From: Candidatus Nomurabacteria bacterium UBA5155
GTDB taxonomy: Bacteria > Patescibacteriota > Minisyncoccia > Phycocordibacterales > UBA9973
DNA: 64,000 nt
Direction: 5' to 3'
NCBI GenBank assembly: GCA_002413705.1
Contig: DHXN01000011.1
Coordinates: forward strand, 162 to 64,161
Both the position numbers and the translations under genes were made by a program. Within the stretch, counting starts at the first letter, position 1. Every line of letters begins with the position of its first letter. This document shows, piece by piece, positions 29,521 to 38,858 of this stretch. A model generated the notes under the pieces. The model did not search any database. It was not told where the DNA came from and saw nothing but the letters and a program-made list of their open reading frames with translations.

Positions 29521-30084
29521 TTAGTATTTTCTCATCACACTGCGGACAACTGCAACAATCGTGAGTTCGTATTCAGGATGAATAGGTTTGTAGTGTTTGT
29601 TCGCTGGCTCAAGCCAAAGTTTATTATTTTTACTCCGCAAGAATTTCATTGTGAATTCTCCGTCCACTTGAGCAATGACAATATCGCCATCTTTGGCGGT
29701 ATTGGTTCGTTCTGCAATGACAATATCGCCATCAGCAATATGAGCTTCGATCATGGAGTCGCCGTCCACTTCAAAAAGATAGGTACTGGCTTTTTTTGGT
29801 ACGAGATATTCTTCAATATTGAGTGTGTCGGTCAACATTTCGCCAGGAGATGGTAGTCCGGCTTTAATAAAACCAACCATTGGTATGTCGTTGAAACCAT
29901 CGCTGGGAATAAGTTTTCCCAGTTTGTCTTTGGTCACTATGCCCGCTGCAATGAGTTTGGTTACTACGCGATACACAGCATTCTTGGATTTGAAACCAAA
30001 AATAGTCATCATCTCAGTGTAGGTCGGCATGCGTCGTTTTGATTGATAGAATGAGAGAAGTTTTTCTTTGTAATCTGGAGTCAT
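29521..30084 (-). CDS. lexA: LexA repressor (S24 peptidase)
   Basis: N-terminal wHTH; VDGDSM Ser and GEFTMKFL Lys catalytic regions. Confidence 0.85.
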   Translation of the reverse strand: MTPDYKEKLLSFYQSKRRMPTYTEMMTIFGFKSKNAVYRVVTKLIAAGIVTKDKLGKLIPSDGFNDIPMVGFIKAGLPSPGEMLTDTLNIEEYLVPKKASTYLFEVDGDSMIEAHIADGDIVIAERTNTAKDGDIVIAQVDGEFTMKFLRSKNNKLWLEPANKHYKPIHPEYELTIVAVVRSVMRKY

Positions 30085-30100
30085 ATGTTAGAAATGGATA

Positions 30101-30283
30101 TTAGAAACTAAGCACTTGCTGAAAGAATTGTAACAGAAAATGCTTATTCTTTGTAGGTTTGTGTCGTCCAAAAGAACGTGACAACGAAAGCAATGAAAAA
30201 GAAGTGCGGTCATTGTCGTAACTTAATCGCTCAAGACGACTAAGTTCATTTTTGAGAGTGAGCTGGAATGGAGTGGTTTTCAT
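30101..30283 (-). CDS. Small ORF 2 (60 aa), translationally coupled (ATGA overlap) to small ORF 1
   Basis: Start ATG overlaps stop of upstream sORF; basic, no TM. Confidence 0.35.
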   Translation of the reverse strand: MKTTPFQLTLKNELSRLERLSYDNDRTSFSLLSLSRSFGRHKPTKNKHFLLQFFQQVLSF

Positions 30284-30468
30284 GCAAATACTCGGCCGAA
30301 GAAACCTCCTTTTTGATCATACTTTTGAGCGCGAAGCTTTCGAAGCAACATACGATGCTTTTGAGCCTCTGCCATGTATTGCTGCCCGCTGACAATCTTT
30401 GCGTCGATACGCTCATTTAATGTATGTATCTGACGTTCTAGTGTTGTGATGTATTGATTTTTTGACAT
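30280..30468 (-). CDS. Small ORF 1 (62 aa, coiled-coil, basic), first gene of SOS-box-controlled lexA operon
   Basis: ORF begins ~30 nt downstream of predicted TSS of SOS-box promoter. Confidence 0.45.
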   Translation of the reverse strand: MSKNQYITTLERQIHTLNERIDAKIVSGQQYMAEAQKHRMLLRKLRAQKYDQKGGFFGRVFA

Positions 30469-30512
30469 ATATATTCTAAATAATTACTCCTCTTGTAACT
30501 TCTTTAGTATAT

Positions 30513-30528
30513 GTGAACGAACGTTCAC
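30513..30528. promoter_or_regulatory. Cheo-type SOS box GTGAAC-GAAC-GTTCAC inside spacer of promoter TTGCAT-17-TATACT (minus strand, -35 30534..30529, -10 30511..30506)
   Basis: Matches Gram-positive LexA consensus GAAC-N4-GTTC; perfect 6-bp arms. Confidence 0.65.
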
Positions 30529-30556
30529 ATGCAAGCAAATACTTGTGGATAACTAT

Positions 30557-31180
30557 TTACCTAGTCTTTATTTCCTCTTTAGCTAAATTGTTGATGATTT
30601 TCTTCCAAAATAATGCTACCCCAAGTGCAATAGCAAGGAAAAACACAATACTAAAATTACCAATAAGATCATTTACTGCCTGCCAACTGTCACCGAACAG
30701 ATATCCCACCATTGCATAGAAAAATGTGTCAGCAAATGCACCCATCGCTTCAAATAACAGAAACTTTCTATAGCGAACATTTCCCATGCCGCAAATCAGA
30801 TTGGTGGTCAGTGTCGCAATCACTTCAAAGCGAGTGATGAAAATAATAAAACCTGGTCGTTTATTGATTCTTTTTTCAATCAAGATGAAATTCCTTGATG
30901 TTAAAATCTTTTTAAGAAATCCTACTCGATACAATAACTTTTTTCCATATATTCGCGCTAACCAAAATGACAGGTTGTCCCCCGCCATGTTTGCAATTGT
31001 GACAACAATAATCAGTACGACAATATTAAAATACCCCTGACTGGCGAAAGCGGCAGATGCAACAAGCAATGTTCCGGCAGGGATTGGAATAGCCAGCGCC
31101 GCTAAAAAGGTAATGACGAACAATGCTGTATATTTATAGAGCAAGATGTACGGCAGTATTGTTTGCGCCAAGAAGCTCAT
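30557..31180 (-). CDS. DedA/VTT-domain membrane protein
   Basis: Characteristic DedA hydrophobic profile and motif region. Confidence 0.75.
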   Translation of the reverse strand: MSFLAQTILPYILLYKYTALFVITFLAALAIPIPAGTLLVASAAFASQGYFNIVVLIIVVTIANMAGDNLSFWLARIYGKKLLYRVGFLKKILTSRNFILIEKRINKRPGFIIFITRFEVIATLTTNLICGMGNVRYRKFLLFEAMGAFADTFFYAMVGYLFGDSWQAVNDLIGNFSIVFFLAIALGVALFWKKIINNLAKEEIKTR

Positions 31181-31181
31181 G

Positions 31182-31571
31182 TTATTTATTGGTGTAGCTA
31201 GTGATAACCTGCTTAACACCAGTGAAGAAAACAGTTGAGTTTAATTTGTGCCGCTTGATATAGGTATCAATGCGAATATTGGGGTATGAAGGGTCAATAA
31301 TACCGAGACCGTTCTGAAGATATGATGCGGGCATGTTGAATACCACATTGAGATAGTTGAATGTCATCCACGGCTGGATAGTGTCTATTGTCACACGATG
31401 ATTGACGCGCTCTGAACCATGTATACTGTATATAGGATGTAACTCGCCCGCTTTATAGATTTTTTTAAAGGTGGCGGTAAACGAAATGATTGAAGCAAGA
31501 CAAATGAGTGCTAAAATAGCGACTCCTAGTATCTTTAGAACCTTCTTTTGCTCATGGCTAATGGTATACAT
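31182..31571 (-). CDS. Membrane-anchored hypothetical protein
   Basis: N-terminal TM; no known domain. Confidence 0.5.
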   Translation of the reverse strand: MYTISHEQKKVLKILGVAILALICLASIISFTATFKKIYKAGELHPIYSIHGSERVNHRVTIDTIQPWMTFNYLNVVFNMPASYLQNGLGIIDPSYPNIRIDTYIKRHKLNSTVFFTGVKQVITSYTNK

Positions 31572-31598
31572 ACCGGGCTAGTATAACATTTCTAGACC

Positions 31599-31631
31599 AA
31601 AAACTTCTCTTACTGAGTAAGAGAAGTTTTT
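31599..31631. terminator. Bidirectional intrinsic terminator (14-bp perfect stem)
   Basis: AAAACTTCTCTTAC-TGA-GTAAGAGAAGTTTT flanked by A- and T-runs. Confidence 0.6.
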
Positions 31632-31743
31632 GTGAGAAAACTGTCATTTATATTTATTTTTTTGAGGTACGGTAATTGTAATGATTGTGTATAATATTTT
31701 TTTAAGGCTAGGCGAATAATAATTCAATCACTCTTCAATCATG

Positions 31744-32079
31744 TTATTCTATTGTGTTTGGGGCTGTTATGCCCGCGTGTTGTAAAAGTATTTGTGCCTG
31801 ACTGTCTTTGCCCACTTCGTGAAGTGCGCGTGCAGCCACAAGGGCATCAAACTGTTCTTGTGTTATTGCTTGGGCTCCCGGTCTTCCTTTTATAGCAGAG
31901 GCAAAAGCATTGTAGTCGTCATCTTCAATGGTTTTACCAAGTACTTCATGTAATACGGGCACGCTCATGTGTTGTACCCACTCTGGTGGCTGTGCTGCAT
32001 AACTTGTAGCAGCAATCACTCCAGCTGATGCAATCCCCAGAAGCCCCGAAAGCAATATTTTTCGTGTTGCTACCGTCAT
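31744..32079 (-). CDS. Small secreted protein
   Basis: Signal peptide MTVATRKILLSGLLGIASAGVIAATSYA. Confidence 0.5.
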   Translation of the reverse strand: MTVATRKILLSGLLGIASAGVIAATSYAAQPPEWVQHMSVPVLHEVLGKTIEDDDYNAFASAIKGRPGAQAITQEQFDALVAARALHEVGKDSQAQILLQHAGITAPNTIE

Positions 32080-32126
32080 TACGTTTAACTTTTGTGCAAA
32101 TTACTAATAAGTGGAATCACTCCACT

Positions 32127-32597
32127 CTAATTTATACGTAGCGTGGAATAATTTCTTTCAAAAAAATCATTTTGATGTTCTGTCGGGTATCGATAATATG
32201 TTTTCATGTTGTTATCGTTGGCATCTTGGGTAATTGCATAAAAAAGCAGTCCTAATATGATGCTACTGGCAACACTGATCAATAACAATTGCAAGGTAGT
32301 ATGGCGATAGCCGCTATGGGTTTTGCGCAGCAGGGATATTGTAATCATCGAAAACAACATAAATGAGATAACCCAAAGTAATGGAATAGCCGCGATTAAA
32401 AACAGAGGATTTGGATGAGGATGTAATACTCCGTATAAAAGCCCTGCAACAGTGTATGCACCGAGTAGTGTGGTAATAATGCCTGGCACCCAAAAAAGAC
32501 TGTTACGCAAGGTGAAATACCATGTCGGGCGTGGTGTTACCCTCTGGCTTTCGATAGCCGTCAATATTTTTTCAGTTGTGTCAGTTGTTGGTTTCAT
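32127..32597 (-). CDS. Putative membrane anti-sigma factor
   Basis: Overlaps ECF sigma gene by 17 nt; 3-4 TM. Confidence 0.45.
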   Translation of the reverse strand: MKPTTDTTEKILTAIESQRVTPRPTWYFTLRNSLFWVPGIITTLLGAYTVAGLLYGVLHPHPNPLFLIAAIPLLWVISFMLFSMITISLLRKTHSGYRHTTLQLLLISVASSIILGLLFYAITQDANDNNMKTYYRYPTEHQNDFFERNYSTLRIN

Positions 32598-33159
32598 AGT
32601 CTTTGAGGGCTTGTTGTAATTGCTTTTTTGCTCGATTGATTCGCACTGCTACCGTGCCGGATGGGATTTTTAGAATATCGGCGATCTCCTCGTATGATTT
32701 TTCTTCGAAGAATCGCAGTAGCAGGATTTCTTTGTATTTCTCGCCTAACGTGTTAAGTGTTTTAATAATGTACTGTTTTTGTTCATCATGACTGAAACGA
32801 GCGGTCATATCTTCTTCAGTGATCAATTTTGAGACAATATCTTGAGCCTCATCATCGAGCGAGAGTGTCGCCCGCCGTTTTTCTCGGCGATACCAATCAA
32901 TCATCTCATTATGAGCAATACGGTAGATCCATGAAGAAAATAACAACGAGGTATCGTATTCATTGATGTTTCGATACACCTTGATGAAAATATTCTGCAA
33001 TAAATCATCAATATCATCACTCGTCGCCAAAGAACGCCGCTTGATATACTTCGTTAGTTTTGGCACATAGCGCTCCACAAGCACAGCAAAGTGTTTTTGA
33101 TCCTTCTTGCACTCAATGACCAATGCCTCATCAGTAAAATCATCAGTGTTTGGCGGCAT
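32581..33159 (-). CDS. ECF (sigma-70 family group 4) RNA polymerase sigma factor
   Basis: Region 2 (IDWYRREKRR) and region 4 HTH (YEEIADILKIPSGTVAVRINRAKKQL). Confidence 0.85.
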   Translation of the reverse strand: MPPNTDDFTDEALVIECKKDQKHFAVLVERYVPKLTKYIKRRSLATSDDIDDLLQNIFIKVYRNINEYDTSLLFSSWIYRIAHNEMIDWYRREKRRATLSLDDEAQDIVSKLITEEDMTARFSHDEQKQYIIKTLNTLGEKYKEILLLRFFEEKSYEEIADILKIPSGTVAVRINRAKKQLQQALKDYETNN

Positions 33160-33213
33160 TCTCTTATTATACGCTTATTCATCTCAAAATCTTACTTATG
33201 ATATACTGCTGCC

Positions 33214-33666
33214 ATGAATAGTAAAAAAGTTTTGATCAGTCTGGCAACGGTTGTTGCTGTTGCTGCAGGTATTATCGGCATTTCATCAAGTAGTCACAAC
33301 AATAGTGTAAGTACTACTCCTGTTCCTGTGGCGGATACACCCACTATATCAAAGACAAATGCAACACAGAAATATAAAGACGGTTCATACACAGCCACTG
33401 GATCATATAGATCACCAGGCGGTATCGACAATGTCGGCGTAACCGTGACGTTGAAAAAAGATATTGTAACTAATGTATCAATAACACCAATGCCTCACGA
33501 CTCGACTTCATCGACCTATCAACATCTGTTTTTGGGCGGTTATCAATCACTGGTTGTTGGTAAGAGTATTGATAGTATTAAACTCGGTGCTGTTTCCGGT
33601 TCTTCTCTGACCGGCATTGGTTTCAATGATGCTATTACTCAGATCAAGGCACAAGCTAGAATATAG
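33214..33666 (+). CDS. Secreted FMN-binding (FMN_bind) domain protein
   Basis: Signal peptide; YKDGSYTATG...VGVTVTLKK...DAITQ pattern, predicted flavinylation Thr in LGAVSGSSLT. Confidence 0.7.
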   Translation: MNSKKVLISLATVVAVAAGIIGISSSSHNNSVSTTPVPVADTPTISKTNATQKYKDGSYTATGSYRSPGGIDNVGVTVTLKKDIVTNVSITPMPHDSTSSTYQHLFLGGYQSLVVGKSIDSIKLGAVSGSSLTGIGFNDAITQIKAQARI

Positions 33667-33671
33667 TCACT

Positions 33672-34544
33672 ATGAACGAGAGCTTTGATTTTAAGGCTAT
33701 CGGCACATCATGGCATATTGAATTCAATATCTCTGAATCAATTGCGACTGAAAAAATAATCTTGCTCGTCAAAGATCGCATTGAACTCTTTGAACAACAC
33801 TATTCTCGCTTTCGCGAGGATTCTTTCGTTGGGCGTATTGCGCAACAGGCGGGTGTGTACGAACTGCCCGCGGATGCGGAAAACATGCTCGCTCTGTATC
33901 GTAGGCTGTACGACATTACTGAGGGAAAAGTAACACCACTGATTGGTGAAGTATTGGTAGCCGTCGGGTATGATAAAGACTATTCGCTCACCCCTCAACA
34001 AGACATCAAAAAAGCGCCATTATGGGATGATGTAATGAGCTACAATGCACCGTTATTGACCGCACAACGCCCGCTACAGCTCGACTTTGGTGCATTGGGT
34101 AAAGGATACATTGTAGATATTATTGCTGCTCTATTTCAAATATATGACATACGAGACTATATGATCAATGCCGGCGGAGATATTGCGTATAGTACCACTA
34201 TACAAAACGTTTTTAGTGTCGGTTTGGAAGATCCGGCAGATCAAACCAAGATAATTGGCGTGGCGGAACTGATCAATAAAAGTATTGCCGGTTCATCTGG
34301 TAACCGTCGCGCATGGAATAAATATCACCATATTATTGACCCGGAACTTGTTGAATCCCCTCGCCATATTGCCGCAGTGTGGGTCGTGGCGGATACCACA
34401 CTTCTGGCAGATGCACTCACCACGGCACTCTTTTTCACAACGCCAGAAATATTGAAACAGTATTTTGATTTTGAACATGTCATTGTCTACAATGATCGCT
34501 CTGCGCAAAAATCTGACAATTTTCCCGGTATGTTATACTCGTAA
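33672..34544 (+). CDS. apbE: FAD:protein FMN transferase ApbE
   Basis: LDFGALGKGYIVD and INAGGDI motifs. Confidence 0.85.
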   Translation: MNESFDFKAIGTSWHIEFNISESIATEKIILLVKDRIELFEQHYSRFREDSFVGRIAQQAGVYELPADAENMLALYRRLYDITEGKVTPLIGEVLVAVGYDKDYSLTPQQDIKKAPLWDDVMSYNAPLLTAQRPLQLDFGALGKGYIVDIIAALFQIYDIRDYMINAGGDIAYSTTIQNVFSVGLEDPADQTKIIGVAELINKSIAGSSGNRRAWNKYHHIIDPELVESPRHIAAVWVVADTTLLADALTTALFFTTPEILKQYFDFEHVIVYNDRSAQKSDNFPGMLYS

Positions 34545-34545
34545 C

Positions 34546-34926
34546 ATGATGAAACAATATGCATCCACTATTCTTCGCATTGGTCTGGCCGGGGTATTTC
34601 TTTGGTTCGGAATAAATCAAATCATCGATCCGTCAGCGTGGTTTGGATATATTCCGCAATCAATTGTTAGTTTAACAGGCATGACTGTCGCTACCCTTGT
34701 GCACTACAATGCACTCTTTGAAATACTCGCCGGCACTATGTTGCTATTGGGGCTATTCACTCGCGTTGTGGCATTTATTCTTTTCTTGCACATTCTCGAT
34801 ATCTCGTTGGTTGTTGGACTAAATGACAGTATTGGCATTCGCGATCTTGGACTCAGTGTTGCTACCTTTGTCATCTTTCTCAATGGAATGGATACGTGGA
34901 CGCTGGATCGGTATATAAGAAGCTAG
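34546..34926 (+). CDS. DoxX family membrane protein
   Basis: 4-TM, GLAGVFLWFGINQI region; start moved to 34546. Confidence 0.6.
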   Translation: MMKQYASTILRIGLAGVFLWFGINQIIDPSAWFGYIPQSIVSLTGMTVATLVHYNALFEILAGTMLLLGLFTRVVAFILFLHILDISLVVGLNDSIGIRDLGLSVATFVIFLNGMDTWTLDRYIRS

Positions 34927-37380
34927 TAAAACTTTGATCAGGTCAATACTAAAGAAGTACAGAATCATTGTCACAAGAATGGTAATTACTGCCGACAGTG
35001 GCAATGCGGTGAAATGAAACCAATGTTGAAAGATAGGAATATAAATGACTACCAATGCTCCGACAAACGCCAAAAAAAATGAAACATTGAGAAGTAGTGA
35101 TGGACGTTTGGCATTCCAGAAGAAGCCTTTGTTACGAAGCGCATAGAACACAATAAGCGCGATAAATGTAAAGAATATATAGAGGCTGGTTTGTATCACA
35201 ATGACTGACTGATAACGAATGATTGCAAAATACAGCAATTCAAATGCGGCGGTAGGAATACCGAATACTAGTGACACGAGTAGCAGTTGTTTTGATTGTT
35301 GTTTTTCCGGCTTGACTACATCACTATCCTCAACAGTATCAGAATAAATGGTGATAAGTGGCAGGTCAGTTAAAACATTGGTAAACAAAATTTGAATCGG
35401 TAAGAGCGGCAAATTTTTTGAAAAAAGGTACAGTGCGGCGAGTGCCACAAATGTGCCAAAATTACTGACCATGGTGTACGTGATATATTTATTGATATTT
35501 ACAAAAATCGTGCGGCCATATTTGATGCCGTTGATGATCACTTCCAAATCTTTATTAAGCAGCACGATATCGGCATTTTCTTTGGCGATATCAGTTGCTG
35601 AGTTGACCGCAATCGCCACATCGGCCAACTTCAGTGCTGGTGCATCATTGATGCCGTCACCTTGATAGCCAACAACAAAATTTTCCTTTAATACCTTGAT
35701 AATGTTGTATTTTTGCGTTGGTGATACTCGCGCAAAGACATTGCACGCCATCACAGCAGTCTTAAATGCTTGTGGTGACATTGCTTCAAGCTCATCACCC
35801 AAATAAACGATATCGCCATCTTTGACCAGGCCAACCTGTGTGCCGATATAGTGAGCCACCTCTTTGCTATCCCCTGTCAGAATTTTGATTTGTATACCGA
35901 GCGCTTCAGCATGTTCAATCGTTGTTTTAGCACTTTCACGCAATGGGTCAGTCAAGCTGACATAGCCGAGAAATTGCAGATCATATTCGTCGGCCAGCAT
36001 GTCATAACTGTCGGAATAGCTGCTGATTTGTTTGTATGCCAGAGAAATATGATGCAGACCTGTGCTGCCTTCTTGAGAAATTATTTTTAACACATCTTCT
36101 TTTTTTGTGTCATTGGTGAGATTTAAAAGAATTTCCGGAGCGCCAATAATTATTAAAAAATACTGATCAGTTTTTGTATGGTGCAATACCACTCGTCGGC
36201 GTTTGTCATCAGGATCAAATGGTAATTCTTTCACTATAGAATAATCAGCGGCTTTAGCTTCCAGTTCTTTTGAAACATACTGAATGAATGCATCATCATA
36301 TGAATTTGGCATCCTATGTTTTCTATTCTTTAAGACAGCGATTGTGGCGTAGGAAAAAATTTGAAAAAGGTCTGTATCACTCGACTCAATATGTTGAATA
36401 ACCATTTTATTTTCGGTGATGGTGCCCGTCTTATCAGTGCAAAGCATAGTGATATTACCGAGATCTTCGACAGAAGACAGTCGCTTCACCACCACATGCT
36501 TCTTGGCTAATTTCAAAGCGCCACTGGAAAGCGATACTGTCGCAATCACCGGCAACACTTCCGGTACCACTGCAATCGCCATTGAGATCACAAAAAGCAA
36601 AAGGTCAGTGATTGGCAATTGTCCTTTTGCGATTAGTACCTTGGCCACAAACACTACAATCAATGCCGCTACCACAATTTTGATCAGCATCGAGCTAAAA
36701 CTTTTTAATGACTTTTCATATTCAGTCTCTTTCCTCGTGTTTATCGATAGGGCCACAATAGATCCAAACTCTGTTTCAGCTCCGGTTGCATAAACTACAC
36801 CGACTGCCTCGCCTTTTCCAACCGTGCTGCCGGTGAAAATCAAATCCCCATTTTTCTTTGTGACAGGCATTGATTCACCGGTCAGTGTTGACTCATCAAC
36901 TTGCACATTATCAGCTTCAAACAATCTCATATCGGCAGGAGCAATGTCACCTTCGCGCAAAATCAACACATCTCCGGGAACAATCTCTGTCTCGTCCAAC
37001 AGAGATATCACGCCATTGCGCTTCACACGCACAATCTTGGTGATAAATCGCGAAAGCTTTTCAATGATTTTTTCTGATTTGAATTCTTGGAAAAATCCAA
37101 GCAGTGTATTTAAAAGCAAGATCGCCAAAATAACCGTTCCATCCGAGTAATCTTTGATGCTGTATGAAATAAGACTGGCGATGACGAGCAGGTACACCAG
37201 AGTATTTTGAAATTGCCGTCCAAGCACAGAAAATGCGCTCACGGTTTTTTGCGGGAGCGCATTTCTGCCGTACACGCCAAAACGGCTACTGGCTTCTTGT
37301 GTAGTCAGGCCGTTTTGAGAAGAATGTAGTGTCGCAAATAACTGATCCAGATCACTGGCAACAACATCTTTTTTTAGCAT
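34819..37380 (-). CDS. Cation-transporting P-type ATPase (P2/P3-type, Mg2+/Ca2+-like)
   Basis: DKTGTITENKM phosphorylation site, GDGINDAPALK, TGES-like actuator region, 10 TM. Confidence 0.9.
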   Translation of the reverse strand: MLKKDVVASDLDQLFATLHSSQNGLTTQEASSRFGVYGRNALPQKTVSAFSVLGRQFQNTLVYLLVIASLISYSIKDYSDGTVILAILLLNTLLGFFQEFKSEKIIEKLSRFITKIVRVKRNGVISLLDETEIVPGDVLILREGDIAPADMRLFEADNVQVDESTLTGESMPVTKKNGDLIFTGSTVGKGEAVGVVYATGAETEFGSIVALSINTRKETEYEKSLKSFSSMLIKIVVAALIVVFVAKVLIAKGQLPITDLLLFVISMAIAVVPEVLPVIATVSLSSGALKLAKKHVVVKRLSSVEDLGNITMLCTDKTGTITENKMVIQHIESSDTDLFQIFSYATIAVLKNRKHRMPNSYDDAFIQYVSKELEAKAADYSIVKELPFDPDDKRRRVVLHHTKTDQYFLIIIGAPEILLNLTNDTKKEDVLKIISQEGSTGLHHISLAYKQISSYSDSYDMLADEYDLQFLGYVSLTDPLRESAKTTIEHAEALGIQIKILTGDSKEVAHYIGTQVGLVKDGDIVYLGDELEAMSPQAFKTAVMACNVFARVSPTQKYNIIKVLKENFVVGYQGDGINDAPALKLADVAIAVNSATDIAKENADIVLLNKDLEVIINGIKYGRTIFVNINKYITYTMVSNFGTFVALAALYLFSKNLPLLPIQILFTNVLTDLPLITIYSDTVEDSDVVKPEKQQSKQLLLVSLVFGIPTAAFELLYFAIIRYQSVIVIQTSLYIFFTFIALIVFYALRNKGFFWNAKRPSLLLNVSFFLAFVGALVVIYIPIFQHWFHFTALPLSAVITILVTMILYFFSIDLIKVLLASYIPIQRPRIHSIEKDDKGSNTESKIANANTVI

Positions 37381-37495
37381 ATACTCTAGTATATCAGAGT
37401 GTTTTCAATCCTGAACGAATTGAAGCAATATTTTTTCGTGCAGCGGTAAGGTCAGCACTATTGATGAAATAAAGAGTTTTTTCATGATTAATTTT

Positions 37496-37969
37496 TTATT
37501 CCACCGACACACTGTTGATCACCACCGCCTCTAGTGGTCGATCTGAACCGTTTACTGCAGTAGTTTCAATATTTTTTACCACATCCATACCGTCAACAAT
37601 TTTGCCAAACACTGTGTGCTTGGTATCAAGAAATACATTGTCATTGGTATTGATAAAAAATTGACTGCCATTAGTGTTAGGGCCTGAGTTAGCCATGGAA
37701 ATAGTGCCGGTAATATTATTATTTTCTGGATGAATTTCATCTGCAAATGCATATCCCGGTCCGCCAGTTCCCCACATACCCATCTGGCTATCATCTTTAG
37801 TCAATGGATCACCACCTTGAATCATAAATCCTTCAATCACGCGATGAAATTTCACCCCATCATAAAAACCTTCTTTGGCTAACTTGATAAAATTTGCCGC
37901 AGTGTTTGGTGTTTGCTCGCTAAATTTAATAATAATATTTCCTTTGTTTGTATGTAATGTTGTTTTCAT
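37496..37969 (-). CDS. Cyclophilin-type peptidyl-prolyl cis-trans isomerase
   Basis: HRVIEGFMIQGGDP, NGSQFFI motifs. Confidence 0.9.
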   Translation of the reverse strand: MKTTLHTNKGNIIIKFSEQTPNTAANFIKLAKEGFYDGVKFHRVIEGFMIQGGDPLTKDDSQMGMWGTGGPGYAFADEIHPENNNITGTISMANSGPNTNGSQFFINTNDNVFLDTKHTVFGKIVDGMDVVKNIETTAVNGSDRPLEAVVINSVSVE

Positions 37970-38081
37970 AGTTCTAGTATATCAAAAAATTATAAAGATT
38001 TTGCGGGACTTATTCAGGTTTTAATTGGTTATTTAGTAAGCATTTTCGTATAATAATCTCATAATAATTTTATATTTTTTT

Positions 38082-38756
38082 ATGCGAATCCTTATTATTG
38101 AAGATGACACTGACACGCAAGAGTTTTTGGAAGACAGATTGAAAGCAAAAGGAGTTGCAGTGGATTGCGCCAGCACAGGCACTCGCGGTATTTATCTTGC
38201 CCAAATGAATGACTATGATGTGATATTGCTTGATCATGGATTGCCGGAGAAAAATGGTTTTATTGTTTGCGAAGAAATTCGTGCCAGTGGTAAAAACACT
38301 CCAATCATTATGATTTCGGTCAGTGATGCGGTGAGTTATAAAATTAGAGGACTGACAATCGGCGCAGATGACTACGTGACCAAACCGTTTTCTTTTGAAG
38401 AAGTGTATGCGCGAATAGAGGCGGTACTTCGTCGTCCCAATAAAGTACAGAGCAAAATACTTACTATTGATGATTTGGTATTGGATATCACGAAACAAAT
38501 CGTCACTCGTGATAGTAAGCCGATTTATCTGACACGTAAAGAGTTTGCCGTGCTTGAATATTTGCTCAAACACAAAAGTCAGGTCATCACGCGCGGCATG
38601 CTGATGGAGCATGTCTGGGACGTCAGTCTTGATCCATTTTCCAACACTATTGAAACGCATATTTTGAATGTCCGTCGCAAAATAGAGACACCCGATAAGT
38701 TGAAGTTGATTCATAGTGTTTCCGGACGAGGCTACAAGATCGATCTTGAGAAATAA
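38082..38756 (+). CDS. OmpR-family response regulator
   Basis: Receiver domain Asp, C-terminal winged-helix. Confidence 0.9.
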   Translation: MRILIIEDDTDTQEFLEDRLKAKGVAVDCASTGTRGIYLAQMNDYDVILLDHGLPEKNGFIVCEEIRASGKNTPIIMISVSDAVSYKIRGLTIGADDYVTKPFSFEEVYARIEAVLRRPNKVQSKILTIDDLVLDITKQIVTRDSKPIYLTRKEFAVLEYLLKHKSQVITRGMLMEHVWDVSLDPFSNTIETHILNVRRKIETPDKLKLIHSVSGRGYKIDLEK

Positions 38757-38858
38757 TTTATCAAAACTTTGGATATATTTGACCATCTATTATTTATACT
38801 AAAGATGAGCTATAGTAATCGAATAGCTCAACATTAGACCTACTAATCTTATATATCT

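Noticed and set aside
29690-29760. Apparent 21-nt direct repeat / DGDIVIA duplication inside lexA
   Set aside because: Aligns residue-for-residue with the natural pseudo-repeat of the LexA catalytic domain (E. coli IMDGDLLAV...NGQVVVA), so it is not an insertion or pseudogenisation
30085-30280. Weak inverted repeats (AAGAAT-N17-ATTCTT, GAACGTGACAAC) as candidate SOS boxes directly upstream of lexA
   Set aside because: No GAAC-N4-GTTC symmetry; the region is occupied by a coupled small ORF, and a perfect box exists at 30513-30528 upstream of the operon
38070-38786. 238-aa minus-strand ORF
   Set aside because: Exactly antisense to the well-supported OmpR response regulator; low-complexity translation; shadow ORF
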